This document shows positions 10,238 through 34,389 of a DNA stretch of 57,170 nucleotides, one piece after another; position 1 is the stretch's first letter, and every line of letters begins with the position of its first letter. Below the pieces are notes generated by a model, which saw nothing but the letters and a program-made list of their open reading frames with translations, was not told where the DNA came from and made no database searches. The position numbers and the translations under genes are program-made. The DNA is from Gnetum montanum (lineage: Eukaryota; Plantae; Gnetophyta), in contig MNCI01002621.1 of the NCBI GenBank assembly GCA_015680685.1, positions 258,795 through 315,964 of the forward strand. Reading direction: 5' to 3'.

Positions 10238-13104
10238 CAATGCCTCCCAAAAAGGACCAAATAGAAGAACAAATAGATACTAAGGAGACTACCCAAACCA
10301 TAGGAGAACAATAGTAGCAATCGTAAGTTCAACCATTGTTGTCACAAGATTATAGGCCTTTAATGAGTCATCTGCAACAAATTATAGAAACCATTAGTTG
10401 GGGAAGCACAGAAGAGGCTAATTTATTCAAAGTAATTGATGACGCAGCCATGGAAACCATCTCAACAAATCTTGCTAGCAGACAAATATCATGATAGTCA
10501 GGAGGAGAGGCCTAGTGGTTACAACAAATTTTTGAGAACATCACATTGTTCCAAGTAGTTCTTGAATTTGGAGAAGGAGCTATAGTTGTGGTCATGCAGC
10601 ACCATGATGTAATGGAAGTCATAAAAGTGATCACAGATCACATTAAAGAATCTTTCAATGTATCTGTTGTGCCACTAACTAATTTTTCTAGAATAAAAGA
10701 TGCTCAAATGTTAGTTGGAACCTCTATGACTCCTGCATATCATGAAGGTGTGTTAGATAAACTGTTGTAGATAAGACAAGTTATGAAAAATCTCTTCGAC
10801 ATTCCTGGTAGTGTCACTTCAACACAGTATGAATTGATCACCACTAAAGGAAAACTGATCATGGTAGAAATGAGGGCAAAGCATGCTAAGAATGAGCTTT
10901 GTAGATTACAATAAGAGCTCATAGCCCTAAGGGCAGAAAGAAGAGATCTAACTAAGTTCATTACACCATAATAGATAGCACAATTCAGAATTGAGTAGAT
11001 CAGTTACCTCTTTAAGAACAATAAAGAGATTGAAAATAAAAAAGAAACGATAGTATGGGATGCTTTAGCGACCATAGCCTAAACATATGCCCATGTGAAA
11101 GCACTTACTGTCTTTCAAGAGGAAAATATAGAACTCATTGCAAATAACATGTTGTTGACCACTGTTGAAAAATAGAAGAATATTTTGGAAGAGAGCATCC
11201 ACCAACTTAGGGAACAATTGGTGAGGATCAACCAAGATAGCTGTTTTGTAAAAGAAGAAAGAACCCTCTCCATGGAAGAGGTACACACCATCCGTTAGAA
11301 GTTAGTTATCAAAATTAGCACATGGTAGAATGAGGCAAAGAAGCATGAATGGCTCAAGGAACACTTCCAAGATCAGGTGGAAATGTATAAACAAATCAAT
11401 GAGAAAGAGATCTAGATGGTGAACAGCAAATTAAGTCCATGTTAGCACAAAATCCAGAATCGAAGTCCATCTTGGACAGCATGGCCCACACTTATAAAGT
11501 GGAAATGAAAAATAAAGACCTAGAAGACTTAAAAGAATACATGGGATTAGCAAATCTCAATTATGCTAACTTGGGCATGTTGATAGCAGGTAGGCCCATA
11601 AGTGAGCTTGAAAAATAATTAGCAACCATGTATGCCTTATACGAGAAGGAGTTTGTAGATCACAAAGATGTTTTACAAAAACTTCAAGTAGTAAACTCAA
11701 AGTTAAAAGCAGCTAAGGCTGGCTACTAGGGGCAAAAAGATGTAGTAGTGAACCTGGCCAAAAGATTAATAAATTACCATGAATTAAGAGAGTAGGCCAG
11801 AGCTTTTAAAGAAGAAAGACGATAGTTTGTGACATTGTATGTTAAAGCTAATCAGATGTTTCCACAACTGCAATCTCTGTGGGACGTGCCAACCCCATCA
11901 AACATTGGTTCATCAACATGGATGGTTCATGATCCAAGAACAGAAGAGGAGAAATTGAAAATGCTCCTGAACCAATACAAATTTTAAAAGCCTAATGACT
12001 AGGGGAAGCAACCAATGGAAGAGCTACCATCACCTAGAACAACATAAGGCTACATCTAGCTTCACAAATTCTGTTTTTGTATTGTAAATTTTATCATGTA
12101 ATGAATGTTTCATTTGTGTAAAACACCGCGACACTCAAGAGTCATGTATAAAATAGTTAGTGTCATTTAAATCTACCTCCCAATTTTGTAATGGACTCTA
12201 TCCTCATTTTTAACTTGACGACAAGTTTTTAGTCAATTGGAGGGGGTATGATAAAGTAGAAAATTTTTTAGTTATGATATTGTATCTACGATGTCGTAGA
12301 TACATTATCATATAAAGGATATCACAGGGTGCATGCTAGCCTATAAAAGCAACACTTAGGTGCACGAATCCACAATATATTTAATAACATAGTAGCAGAA
12401 CTCTTTCAGTTTGTTTTTGTGATTTTAGCTTTCAATACTTAGTAGTGTGTGCTTGTAGTGTGATGTTAAGTGATTGATCGGAGTTTTTATCCAAGTGTGA
12501 TGTACTTGGACGCATTACATGATTGGAAATAAAGATTGAGATTACTTTCCATCATTGTAGCAACACTTAGTTTTATTTATGCTTTCATTTAGTTTAATGT
12601 TTATTGTTTTCATAGTTACTGATTTACTTTCAATGCACTTTACCATTACTATTGCTAAGCAAAATGAGTATGACTAATCTCAAGCACTTAAGTATAGCTA
12701 TTTGGTAACCCAGTAATACTATCACTTGGCACGCCCAGTAGTGTGGTGCTTGGTAATCTTAGTAGTAGTTGCATGAAGTCCAAGGTGTGAATAGAAGGTC
12801 AAGACCAACTGCTCATTACATAGGCTAGATTAGATTTGTTTATTGTTTCTTAGATTTAGAAACTATTACTTTTACTTCATGTTAGCTACATGCATTATGG
12901 CCCATACAACATCATCTATCATATACCTCATCGTGAGTTAAACCATACATATTGAATTTACCAGCTCACATGGGAAGACAACAATCACGAACTCTAACTA
13001 ATTACTTGCATAATCACATTGCCTTGTCTATGGAATTCAACCATGATCATGCATGAACACTCATATCTCATATGGTTGGGTGTTGGATACTCCACCGCTC
13101 ATTA
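10238..13104 (+). mobile_element. 3' part of an older Athila-like element A' (extra-ORF remnant 10238-12047, PPT, 3' LTR 12249-13104) into which element A inserted
   Basis: 10238-12047 translates colinearly with 6520-8362 (e.g. FQVVLEFGEGAIVVVMQHHDV vs FQVMVEIGEGAIVVVSQHEDV). PPT TGGAGGGGGTA, LTR TGATAAAG...CTCATTA. Confidence 0.85.
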
Positions 13105-14579
13105 CTATGGAATTGAAATATTTTCTTTGAATTATTATCTATAATTTCAATAATCATTTCCTTGTACAATATTTTAGTTGTAATTAAATCTATAGGAAGG
13201 CCAATTTTATGCAAGTGTGACTATAGTTTTGTATAAACCATTGAATCATATGTTTTTGCAAAATCAATAAAAAAATAAAAACATTTTTATTAGGCATTTT
13301 TGCAAACTTCATGCACTGTTTAAGAGTAACTAGGTGATTAATTATTCAGTGATTTTGTCTAAAACCTACTTAGCACGTTGCCCTAACTTGATTAACGTTA
13401 GTCCAAAAATTAATTCTCTTTTCTAGCAAAGTGCTTAACAACTTAGCAAAAATATTACTCATAATGATCATTCAATAATTGTTCAAATAATTTTATTCTC
13501 TTTTTTACATAACAATATAGATTTACTAGGTTTCTAATTTTGATTTAATCTTTGATCCATTGTGGAATTTAATTAATGCCAAATTTCTCTATGAATAGCA
13601 TGTCCTACCCACGGTAATAGTTTTGAATATAAACCTTGTTAATGTACAACTTTGTTAGATGCTAGCTTTTTAATACCCTCTAGGACTTCCTCAAGAGTAA
13701 ATTGAAGAGGTGCTTGATGTAGGATAAATCTTCATTAATGGAAATGAGAATAAAAATGGAAATCATTTATTACATCCTCAAACCTCATATGATATATAAG
13801 AGTAGCAATTGAAAAAAAAAAATTGATACATTCTTAATAAGTCTTGAAAACATTATCAAGCAAGTGGTTAGCTCTTTAGCTCAATGTTTTACAAGGATTT
13901 CTAGGAAATAATTTTTTCAATTCAAGTCACACTTAAGGCACAAAGATAATGATGAGGTGAAAAAAAGACATATTCATTATCCTTTTCTACTATATCAATC
14001 TCTTGGAAAATTATCCTTGCATCTTGTCTTAACGAAGAGGTAGTGAAATCTTACATGAGCCTAGGCAATAACAACTTTAATTTACTTTATGATTTTAATA
14101 TAAATATAAATTGGATTAATCTAACATCTTATTTCAATCAATAAGTAGTGAAACCTTACAATAACTTAGATAATGGCAACTTTAAATTGCATTAAGATTT
14201 CAGTAGAAATATAAATAAGCATTTACACTATGAGTCCTTCTGAAAGATGATATTAAAAGTATAATTGTTATTTTCCTAGAGTCTATTCCCACGTGTTTTC
14301 TTTGATCATTCTTATAAGTTTATTGAATTTCAATATTAGATCTTAATCTTGAATAGTTCATATTTGAAATCATTTTTTCCTCATGAAACCATCCTTTACC
14401 TAAGTGGCATTGTAAGCTTCCATAAAAAGACATACTTTAAGTCTAAAATGCATCCTTTGATAAAATTTGATAAATTGACAAGTTATAATTTGTAGAGAAA
14501 TCATATCTATGTTGAAGATGACAATAGAATAAGGTCCCTTTTGGCTAACTACAACTTTTTTCCCAAATTCAAAATTGAT

Positions 14580-15030
14580 AGAAAAAGTGACCACAACTAA
14601 GACAATGAGTGGTGGTGAACTCGTGGTATTGTAGGCCATGGATCGTGGTGAGATCATGGTATGCTCATGGTCAAAGACCACAAGTCATTATTCGATCATG
14701 GCATGTTTGATAGCCAAGGACAATGACCACATGTCATGGTATGTTTGAGAGACAAGAATAATGACCACAGGTCATGGTGTAATCATGGTTGTCTTGACGA
14801 CAAGTCATGATTAGGTCATGGTTGATACAAAAGGTGTCAAACTTCTACCTTTAGCTTCCTTTGCAAGGTTGTGAAGACCATGAGCCGTTATGGCATTGTA
14901 TTATAATACCATGACTAATGTTGAATTATGATAAGCTAAAACATTAACTTTTTTATTACTTTGCAACACCATGACTTGTGGTGAGGTTGTGGTGTATCAT
15001 TAAGAATACCACAAGTTGTGATCAACTGGT
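14580..15030. repeat. Degenerate short-period repeat built from GACCACA/GTCATGG motifs, probably a decayed transposon internal or subterminal region
   Basis: Recurrent AATGACCACA(T/G)GTCATGGT(A/G)T units, e.g. 14722 and 14760. Confidence 0.5.
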
Positions 15031-16850
15031 GGTAGAGTAGGAGTGCTAAGATTAACCCTAAAATGAAGTCATAATGGAGCACAAATAGACCTGAGCTAGT
15101 AGATGATGAAATTAGCGAATATGTAGCAATAATGACAATCCAAAATTGCTAATATTTGAGGTCTTAGAACCACTTCAAGTGTAGAGCTGAATTTTGAACA
15201 AAACTTGCTCTACTTGTTATCAAAGGGCTCTTGGTTGGCTAAGAAACCCCTCCTTTAACTTGAACTTCTTTGAGACTTGCAATCATAGTGAATTCCACCA
15301 AGATACAATAATGGAGATTAATCTTCACATAAGATCTTCTTCTTTTTTTCTGTAGATTGATAATAATAATGATATGAAATTGGAACAATGTTGAAAGTGA
15401 TAAATCATGATGAGATGTTCAAATGCAATTGAAATAGATGAAATGACTAAAATGAAATAATATGGAAGAAAATACTGCACTTCTATTGCTTTAATCTTTA
15501 AACATATATCAATAGAGTTTACTTGAAATTCCTTAGGTTTGTGGATAGCCCATACATCAATTAATTAGAAATGGCCACACGGAACCTTGGGTGGTCCCAA
15601 CAAGGAAGAATTTGTCATATGGGACCTTAGATCATCCCCAGGGTGAGATACATGACATGTCGCATTGAAGGACCTGCATTTGACATTACTTTGACTACTT
15701 CTTCCCTCTCATTTTTGAAACACAAAAATTGTGTCATGTGATACATTACATCTAGACGGGGACCAACACACATGATTCAACACAACATGGAAATAAATCC
15801 AAGTCCTACAATGGCATGAAAAATAAGATTGACATGAGGAGAGCATACATATGGTTATAAAATATTGTTAATCTACTTTTACTAATATAATATCATATGG
15901 ACTTTGAACCTTAACCTTAAATTATTATAGTCATAGATGTTTTTGGACATATTTCAATTGTCTGTAGAATGTTATTGAAAGTCTTAGTCCCTTGACTTTA
16001 CAACCATGTAATAAAACTAGTTGAACAAGTTGATAGTACATTTACTAATTCTTCATGCAAACTATTGATTTTTTATAAAACTATATTGTTGTTGCTTGAG
16101 ATAACTAATTTTTCATGTGATACCAAATTAAAGGGTATCGATGCAAAAAATCATGAGGTAAATTAGTAGTACATTAGATTATCAACAAAAGAAGATATTA
16201 CAAACATAATAAGAAAAATTCTAAAGGTTTTGGGGATGCTTTTTAAGGTTTTCATCTTTACAACTAATTATAAGAAACCTTTCATCTACGATAGGGAAAG
16301 GATCAAACCTTGTCCTTAGTTAGAAGTAGCCTTGTGGGTTTTTATTTCTTACTAAAGATACAAATAAAAAAAAGAAGAAGACAACTATTTATAAAGAAAT
16401 ATGTATGCAATAATCAAAAGGAATAAACAACAATGTGAGGTGATAACCTTCATAACTTAGTCCACAAACATAGAAGGAACTAATAAAACAGGAGATAAAA
16501 AAATTGCTCAACCTTATCTAGCCTAATTCCACACATGGAAGCCTATGTTATGCTGCTCATCCCATCATGGTCTTCACCTCAACTCTATTATGATGCCTTG
16601 ATACCTTATTAACTCAAGCCATTGTTATATAGATTTTATCACCAATTCTATCATCATTGATCATACCTCAGTACCTTATAGCTCCTAACCTCCCTTATCT
16701 TCATTCATTGTGTCTAGTGATTCTTTAGAGGAAAAGATTAATTACACTCTAGCTACAAGGAAATTCATGCCAACCGAGCACTTTGTTCCAATGCATAGGT
16801 CAAAAGTGCCTTGCAAGCTCTTCCTCTAAGATCTTACTTAGCGAGCATTG

Positions 16851-16970
16851 ACAATGAGGTGTTAACCTAGTTGTAAGACACTTGACTTGGAAGGTCTAAG
16901 TCATAGGTTCAATTTTGACCGACAATGTTGAATTATATAAAGTTTTAATTAGACTATATATGTTGGATGT
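16851..16970 (+). mobile_element. tRNA-derived SINE, copy 1
   Basis: ACAATGAGGTGTTAACCTAGTTGTAAG (A-box-like) ... AGGTTCAATTTTG (B-box-like). Homologous to 31040 and 44904. Confidence 0.65.
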
Positions 16971-17230
16971 ACCTTTGTTTCACTTATTTTGGGTTTCAAC
17001 CCCCCTTGCTTGATAAGAACTTTTACAATTACAATTCTTTTTCCCCATTGCGGATCGCCTACTGTGAATGTAGAGGAGTAAGAAATTTTTATGTTAGTGA
17101 ATGTATTCAAGCATATCTTTATCGCTTAATGGTACAAAAGATACCACGTTTTATTGCACAAATATAAAATAAGTTGAAACATAGTCAACTAAGCAAAGAA
17201 GTCAGAGGCTTAGCCGTTAAGCAATGCTAT

Positions 17231-17280
17231 TGTCGGTTGATGTTGAAAGAATACGTGGCTTGAAAAAACCTTACGTGGCT
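17231..17280 (+). promoter_or_regulatory. Putative DRE/CRT plus tandem ABRE module upstream of the kinase gene
   Basis: GTCGGT (reverse ACCGAC) at 17232 and TACGTGGC at 17252 and 17272; a further CCACGTA at ~17349. Motif match only. Confidence 0.4.
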
Positions 17281-18105
17281 ACACAATGATCATAAATCAC
17301 TAGATATGATCCCCTTATTCATTTTTCAAATTGAACGAAAGAAATATCCCACGTAAGGCTTGTGGTTTGTCTTCCAGCTGTTGCCGCCCCTACCAGTGGC
17401 TGTATTTTTTTTCAAAGAAAATAATATCCAATCAATAGCTTCCGTGTGGCCTGAATCATCCTGTTTCTTTTGAACGTACGAAAAAGGATTCAAACCCGCA
17501 TGGCACCAAAATAAAATGAGATGGAACCCTGGACTGGTTTTGATTTTCAGGATGAATGACAGGTAGCTAGGCCAGCAATGAAATTTTGTTCGCTTTCAGC
17601 TCTGTAGCAACAACGCGAATCAGCACAGCGACAGCAATAAATAATAATAAAGGATGGCAAGCAGCTGCAGATACGTACGTGAGAATACGCAATTTCACGT
17701 TTTGTTGTCCGCGACTTGGTTCAGCGCTGATGATGTGACGATGTCATGAAACGCAGCCAATCCAGATAATCAAAGCGCGCTATCAAACTTTTCGCATCAA
17801 TTTGATGACAGCGAAAAACGTGCAAGATACCTGAAGATTCTTCGTATTTGCTGGTGTGAGAGTATTTTATTTGTTGATTGATTCCAAAGGAACGGTCTTC
17901 TTAGCAAGTCACACGAAAAAATACATCATTTTCTTTTGATTTCCACGGCAACGTTCTGTACCTTGTAGCCTTGTGAGCTGTGAAGAGATACAAGCCTTTG
18001 TTCAGTTCTGTGAATCGAATTTTTGTCATCTCTGATCTTTATCAAGTCTTTCATTCTGCCTTGGTTGCTGCGGAGTTGAGTGTTTTTAGTTCGTCTGCAA
18101 TCAAA

Positions 18106-29886
<11,781 letters not shown>

Positions 29887-31039
29887 TCTGATGCTGAGTT
29901 CTTTGATACAGATGCGTCTCGTGGTTATATCGTGACAGCAGAGTAGTCATGGGAGTTTGCTTTCAGTTTGTACAATTTGCCCCATACGAAGTTTGTATCA
30001 TAACGCTTCTTGCAACTTAGGGATTACAGTACATTGTGTTGATTTATCATAATCTAGTCAAGTAATCATTTAGAAGTTCAAACATGTGATACATATGCAT
30101 CTCCTATTAGGGATAATATACCAGCTGATTTAAAAGACCACCATCCTGGTTAGCCGTCAGAGTGCCCTAGTTGAAGAGGAAATGAATGTTAGGAAGTCTG
30201 CAATGTGAGTCTGTTTCAGCAGTAGATTATGAATTCTAAAGCAAAGCACATTTAAAAAATAATATGAAATTTTCCTGCGGGAAAAAATATTGTGATTTTA
30301 TTATTAATAGATTCATCATTTTACGCATCAAAAAACTATGAATTGTTTTATTTTACGCAACTTACCATTTTTTTTTTCTGGTTGAATGCTAAATTATTTC
30401 AAGTGAAGATTTCCAGAAGTTTTCCGTTAACCTAGGCATGCTTCTTCTACAGAACAAGACGCATGATCAAATATGTTATCGGTAGCTCTTACATAACTGC
30501 TAAAGGAGAAGTTTGTTAGCTCTATCTCATGTAGATAATTGTAGACATTGTTTCGTATTTTTAACATCATGTACGATTGTTACAAGAAATTGAGGTGTCC
30601 CAACAGAATCTGGAAGAAATCGCGATGGCTCGATCATAGTTCGAAGGTGTAGTGCTTGTGTTGATGAACCAACACAATTACAATTTGAAACATTACTTCA
30701 TTGGCAATACTATAAGATTTAATTAAATGTTGAGAAATGCGGCATTAGAATTCAGCTGTATTTTATCTTGGGTTTATATATATTTTCATTTTCATGTAAT
30801 GAAGTGTGATGGTTGAAAATGAAGTAAATTTTATACATATGCAACCGCTATAGTATAATATTGATTATGATATGGTATCCTTAGCCAAGATCCTAAGAAG
30901 TTTACCAACATTATGCTATATTGTATTTTTTTAATATATTCTTTTTTGTTTTATGTAATGAAGTGTGATCATTAAAAATGAAAGTAAATTGTAGACAGCC
31001 TTAACATCTATAGTATAATATTGATAAGATCTTGATAAT

Positions 31040-31165
31040 AACAATGAAGGGTTAGTGTATTGGTAAGACTCTTGATTTTTTGAAAGTTTAAAGTTATGGG
31101 TTTGATTCTTGTGGGCAATGTTGAGTTATAAAGTTTTAATTGGACTAGATATCTTGATGTGTAAG
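31040..31165 (+). mobile_element. tRNA-derived SINE, copy 2
   Basis: ACAATGAAGGGTTAGTGTATTGGTAAGACTC...GGGTTTGATTCTTGTGGGCAATGTTGAGTTATAAAGTTTTAATTGGACTAGAT aligns with copy 1. Confidence 0.65.
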
Positions 31166-31317
31166 TAGAACCATAATTTGAAATTTTATTTTATGCAAAG
31201 ATTATATTATTTTTATAATTTTAATATTTTTATGTATTTTTCAATATAACAATAAAATAATAAATAAATTTTGCATAACATTTACACTTTAAAAGCAAGA
31301 TTCATACCTTTGCATCC

Positions 31318-31434
31318 CAATTGTTTATGGGATAGGTGTAACATGGGAATTAAACATACAAACCATATTGCAATCACAATTGTTTATGGTATAGGTGTAA
31401 CATGGGAATTAAACACACAAACCATATTGCAATC
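31318..31434. repeat. Tandem duplication, 2 x ~59 bp
   Basis: CAATTGTTTATGG(G/T)ATAGGTGTAACATGGGAATTAAACA(T/C)ACAAACCATATTGCAATC twice. Confidence 0.9.
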
Positions 31435-32422
31435 CCTCCTTAGATAAGTACTACACCAATAAAAGCAATAAAATCTCTTCAATCATGCTATTGATGGCTC
31501 AACATTATTCCAGATAGCTATGGCCTCCTTTGGCAAGCTGAAATGGTTGCAAGCTTCACATGATCAAGATAATCTAACTAAAAATTTATATTAATTATAA
31601 TTTCTATATTTAATAAATAAATTTCTATTAAAATTTTTTAAATATCTAAAATAAGTGAAACATAGGTATACCCTAAGATTGATAGAAGTTTATAACTGAT
31701 TTGAATTTGTGACTTGGAGTTACCAAGCCAAGCCAAAACCCATATGACTAGGCTAACATTAGTTCAGTACTAATCTTAGAGTATATTTCAAGTAGCATTA
31801 TAATGATTAGTCAACACAACTTATAGCACAACATTGCCTATAAGAATTGAACCTATAATTTAAAATTTCCAAATCAAAAGTCTTATCGTGATTTGACTTT
31901 GCCAAATACAATAATAAAATTTCAAAAAAATGACTAAAAATACTCACGTTGTGAAATGGGATAAAATTTCCAACTCTGAACATAAATGACATGTAGCACC
32001 TACATGACAATAGTATGAAACATAACTACTATCATGAATGCATTTCATTTCATAAATACAATAGCACTGGCATGGAACATGACTCCTATCAGCTACAAGA
32101 ATACATTTGGTTTCATGACTCACTGGTATAACAGCATCGGTTTTTCAAAGCTTCACTAAATTTTGTGACAAACATATTGCTTTGTCAAGAGTTGCTATCT
32201 TGCCTCGTATCAGAAATCTTGTGAGTCTGTATCAGCGAAAACATTATATTCCTGTACAGTTAAACCTACTTTTAACCAAATGCAAATGCAAATGTTGCTG
32301 GTGCCCCACAATTTCTCTGGGGAATGCGCCATCTCAGGGTTAAAACTTAAAAGTGAAGAAAAGAAAAGAAAGCGTCATCAAATCAAAGTTAAAAGAAAGA
32401 AAGAAAGCGTCATCAAATCAAA

Positions 32423-33525
32423 TCAAATGGGATGCACAGTAGTCTTGAACACCAGAATGTGGAGATTATCTTGGTCATGCATACAGAAATACAGCAATCC
32501 ACCGGGCGAATGCGTTACCAGAGACCCAAAACTGGTTCCCACTATGCAATGCCACGCCGGACCATACCATCTGTCGAACTCCTGAAAAGAAAAAGATTTT
32601 TTAGAAAAAGAAAACACACAACAGCAACATCAAAACCATGGAGAAGAATAAAAGATTGGATGCAAAAGACTGGAGTTTTATTGCACACAGTGGAAATGTT
32701 ATGAGTTTTGAGAATATCATTTAAAAAATGTGCTCGATCATATTCAAGAACAAATCAATCAAATTAACATCAAAATCATTAATATAATAAAAGATTTTAT
32801 GCTTGCATACGGTGGAAATGTTACGAATTTTGCAAATATCATTGAAAAAATGATAAATCAATCAAATTTGTACTAATAGGCGATGGAAATCATTGCAACA
32901 TCGAAACAATTAATATAATAAAAGATGCTATGCAAGCTAGTGAAGTAGTTCTATTGCATAGAGTGGAAATGTTACGAGTTCTAAAAGTATCATTGAGAAA
33001 AACGTGCTCCATCACATTTAAGAACAAAATCGATCAAATCAAATCTGTAGTAATATGTGATGCAAATCACTGTAACATTGAACATATGCACTCAATTATG
33101 ATGAAACCAACCTTTTTGATGGAGGTTGCAATCATACGAAATCGGGATCGAGGAGGATATTGGTAATCACTACAACATCTCAGAGCCTGAGCCGCAACTT
33201 CCAGAGCCCGTTCTTGGGCCGTCTGCGGAACCAACACCATCGTCCATCTCACACGTTCATGGTGCATCTCCGTCTGAGCTTCTTCTGTTTCAGTTGTGTT
33301 GGTATTGTGAGGTCTGAATCTACTCCTGTTGTTACCATTGTTGTTACCTATTGTATTGTTATAAGTTGTTATATTGTTAACTCTGTCCAATGGACATTCA
33401 ATCCTTTTCTTTGGACTCTCTGTATTCTTTCGCCACCGCTGCGACTTGCCTGGGGTTGTTTTCGGTGGTGGTGGAAACATTAGAATGTCGCCGAGCTCAT
33501 TGGCGCATACCTCTGCAAAATCCAT
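32423..33525 (-). CDS. Dynein light chain type 1 (LC8) family protein with N-terminal extension, 2 exons, 190 aa
   Basis: Exon 1 33525-33112 (...AQERALEVAAQAL...IATSIKK), GT-AG intron 33111-32582, exon 2 32581-32423 (EFDRWYGPAWHCIVGTSFGSLVTHSPGGLLYF...ILVFKT). The phase-0 intron at KK|EFD is the usual plant DLC position. Confidence 0.93.
32680..33085. repeat. Three degenerate ~120-150 bp tandem units filling the DLC intron
   Basis: TTGCA(C/T)A..GTGGAAATGTTA(T/C)GA(G/A)TT..AATATCATT at ~32681, 32803, 32954. Confidence 0.8.
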
Positions 33526-34389
33526 GCCGGCCGTTAATGGAAAACAAATGCAACAACGTCTAGATCGATGGATCGGTGATTTGAGACAGCGGGTATTTGC
33601 CAGAGCCGAGTTTAATTATGAAGCGTGGAGATGACGACAAAGTCCAGAACAGTAGCATTCAAATTTAGGAATTCGGGTGCAGTGTCGAATGCAGCAACGC
33701 GATTTGACGCAACCGTCCGAAAAAGTCTCGCAAATTGCGTGGGGGCAGCCGTCGATACGGATGTATTCTGCATTTATGCGTGTGAATTGTTGGGTACACG
33801 ATTGTTCCCTGTTTTTTCAAATCGGGCTGCAGAAGAAACTAAATCAAGATCGGATTGTTGTAGACGTGCAGTAAATAGAAAAGCAGAGGAAAAACTTGCT
33901 CCGTATGTTGCGATTGGATAGGCGAAGGCGAAGCAAATTTGCACTGCAACTCTGATCAGCTTTGCGATGTGACATCGCGTTGATAAAGATGGTACTGCAA
34001 ATTTGTACTGACTGACTGACCGGGGAGTTTGGTCAAGCAAGGAAGCGTAATCTGCGGTTGTTTGCCTACAAATCCGCCATTTGCATTCAATGGATGGGGA
34101 TGCGATTCCATTCTTTTGTGTTTGTTGTGTTGCTTAATCACGTACGCTTCCATCTTGATTGGATTTCAGCTTTTAATGTTGCAGCAAACAGATTTACTGA
34201 TAGCTTTTAAAAAGGTTGTGATATTATAATTTGGTAATTAGAGCAGGATAAATCAAATAGCTAGAAGTTAGTAATGCGCTCCGTGAAATAAGTTGAAGAA
34301 AAAGATACATATATGGCGTAAGCATGGTCAAAATTCACGCAAGAACACTCGTGCATGTGTTGGAACATTTGTGCTAATGCGATTATTAT

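Noticed and set aside
17980-18105. N-terminal extension of the kinase from the ORF-track start
   Set aside because: The track start is GTG; the first ATG in good context (AAAATGG) is 18106 and gives a normal-length protein.
33625-33921. 98 aa ORF divergent from the DLC gene
   Set aside because: No recognisable motif; expected by chance in the GC-richer promoter region.
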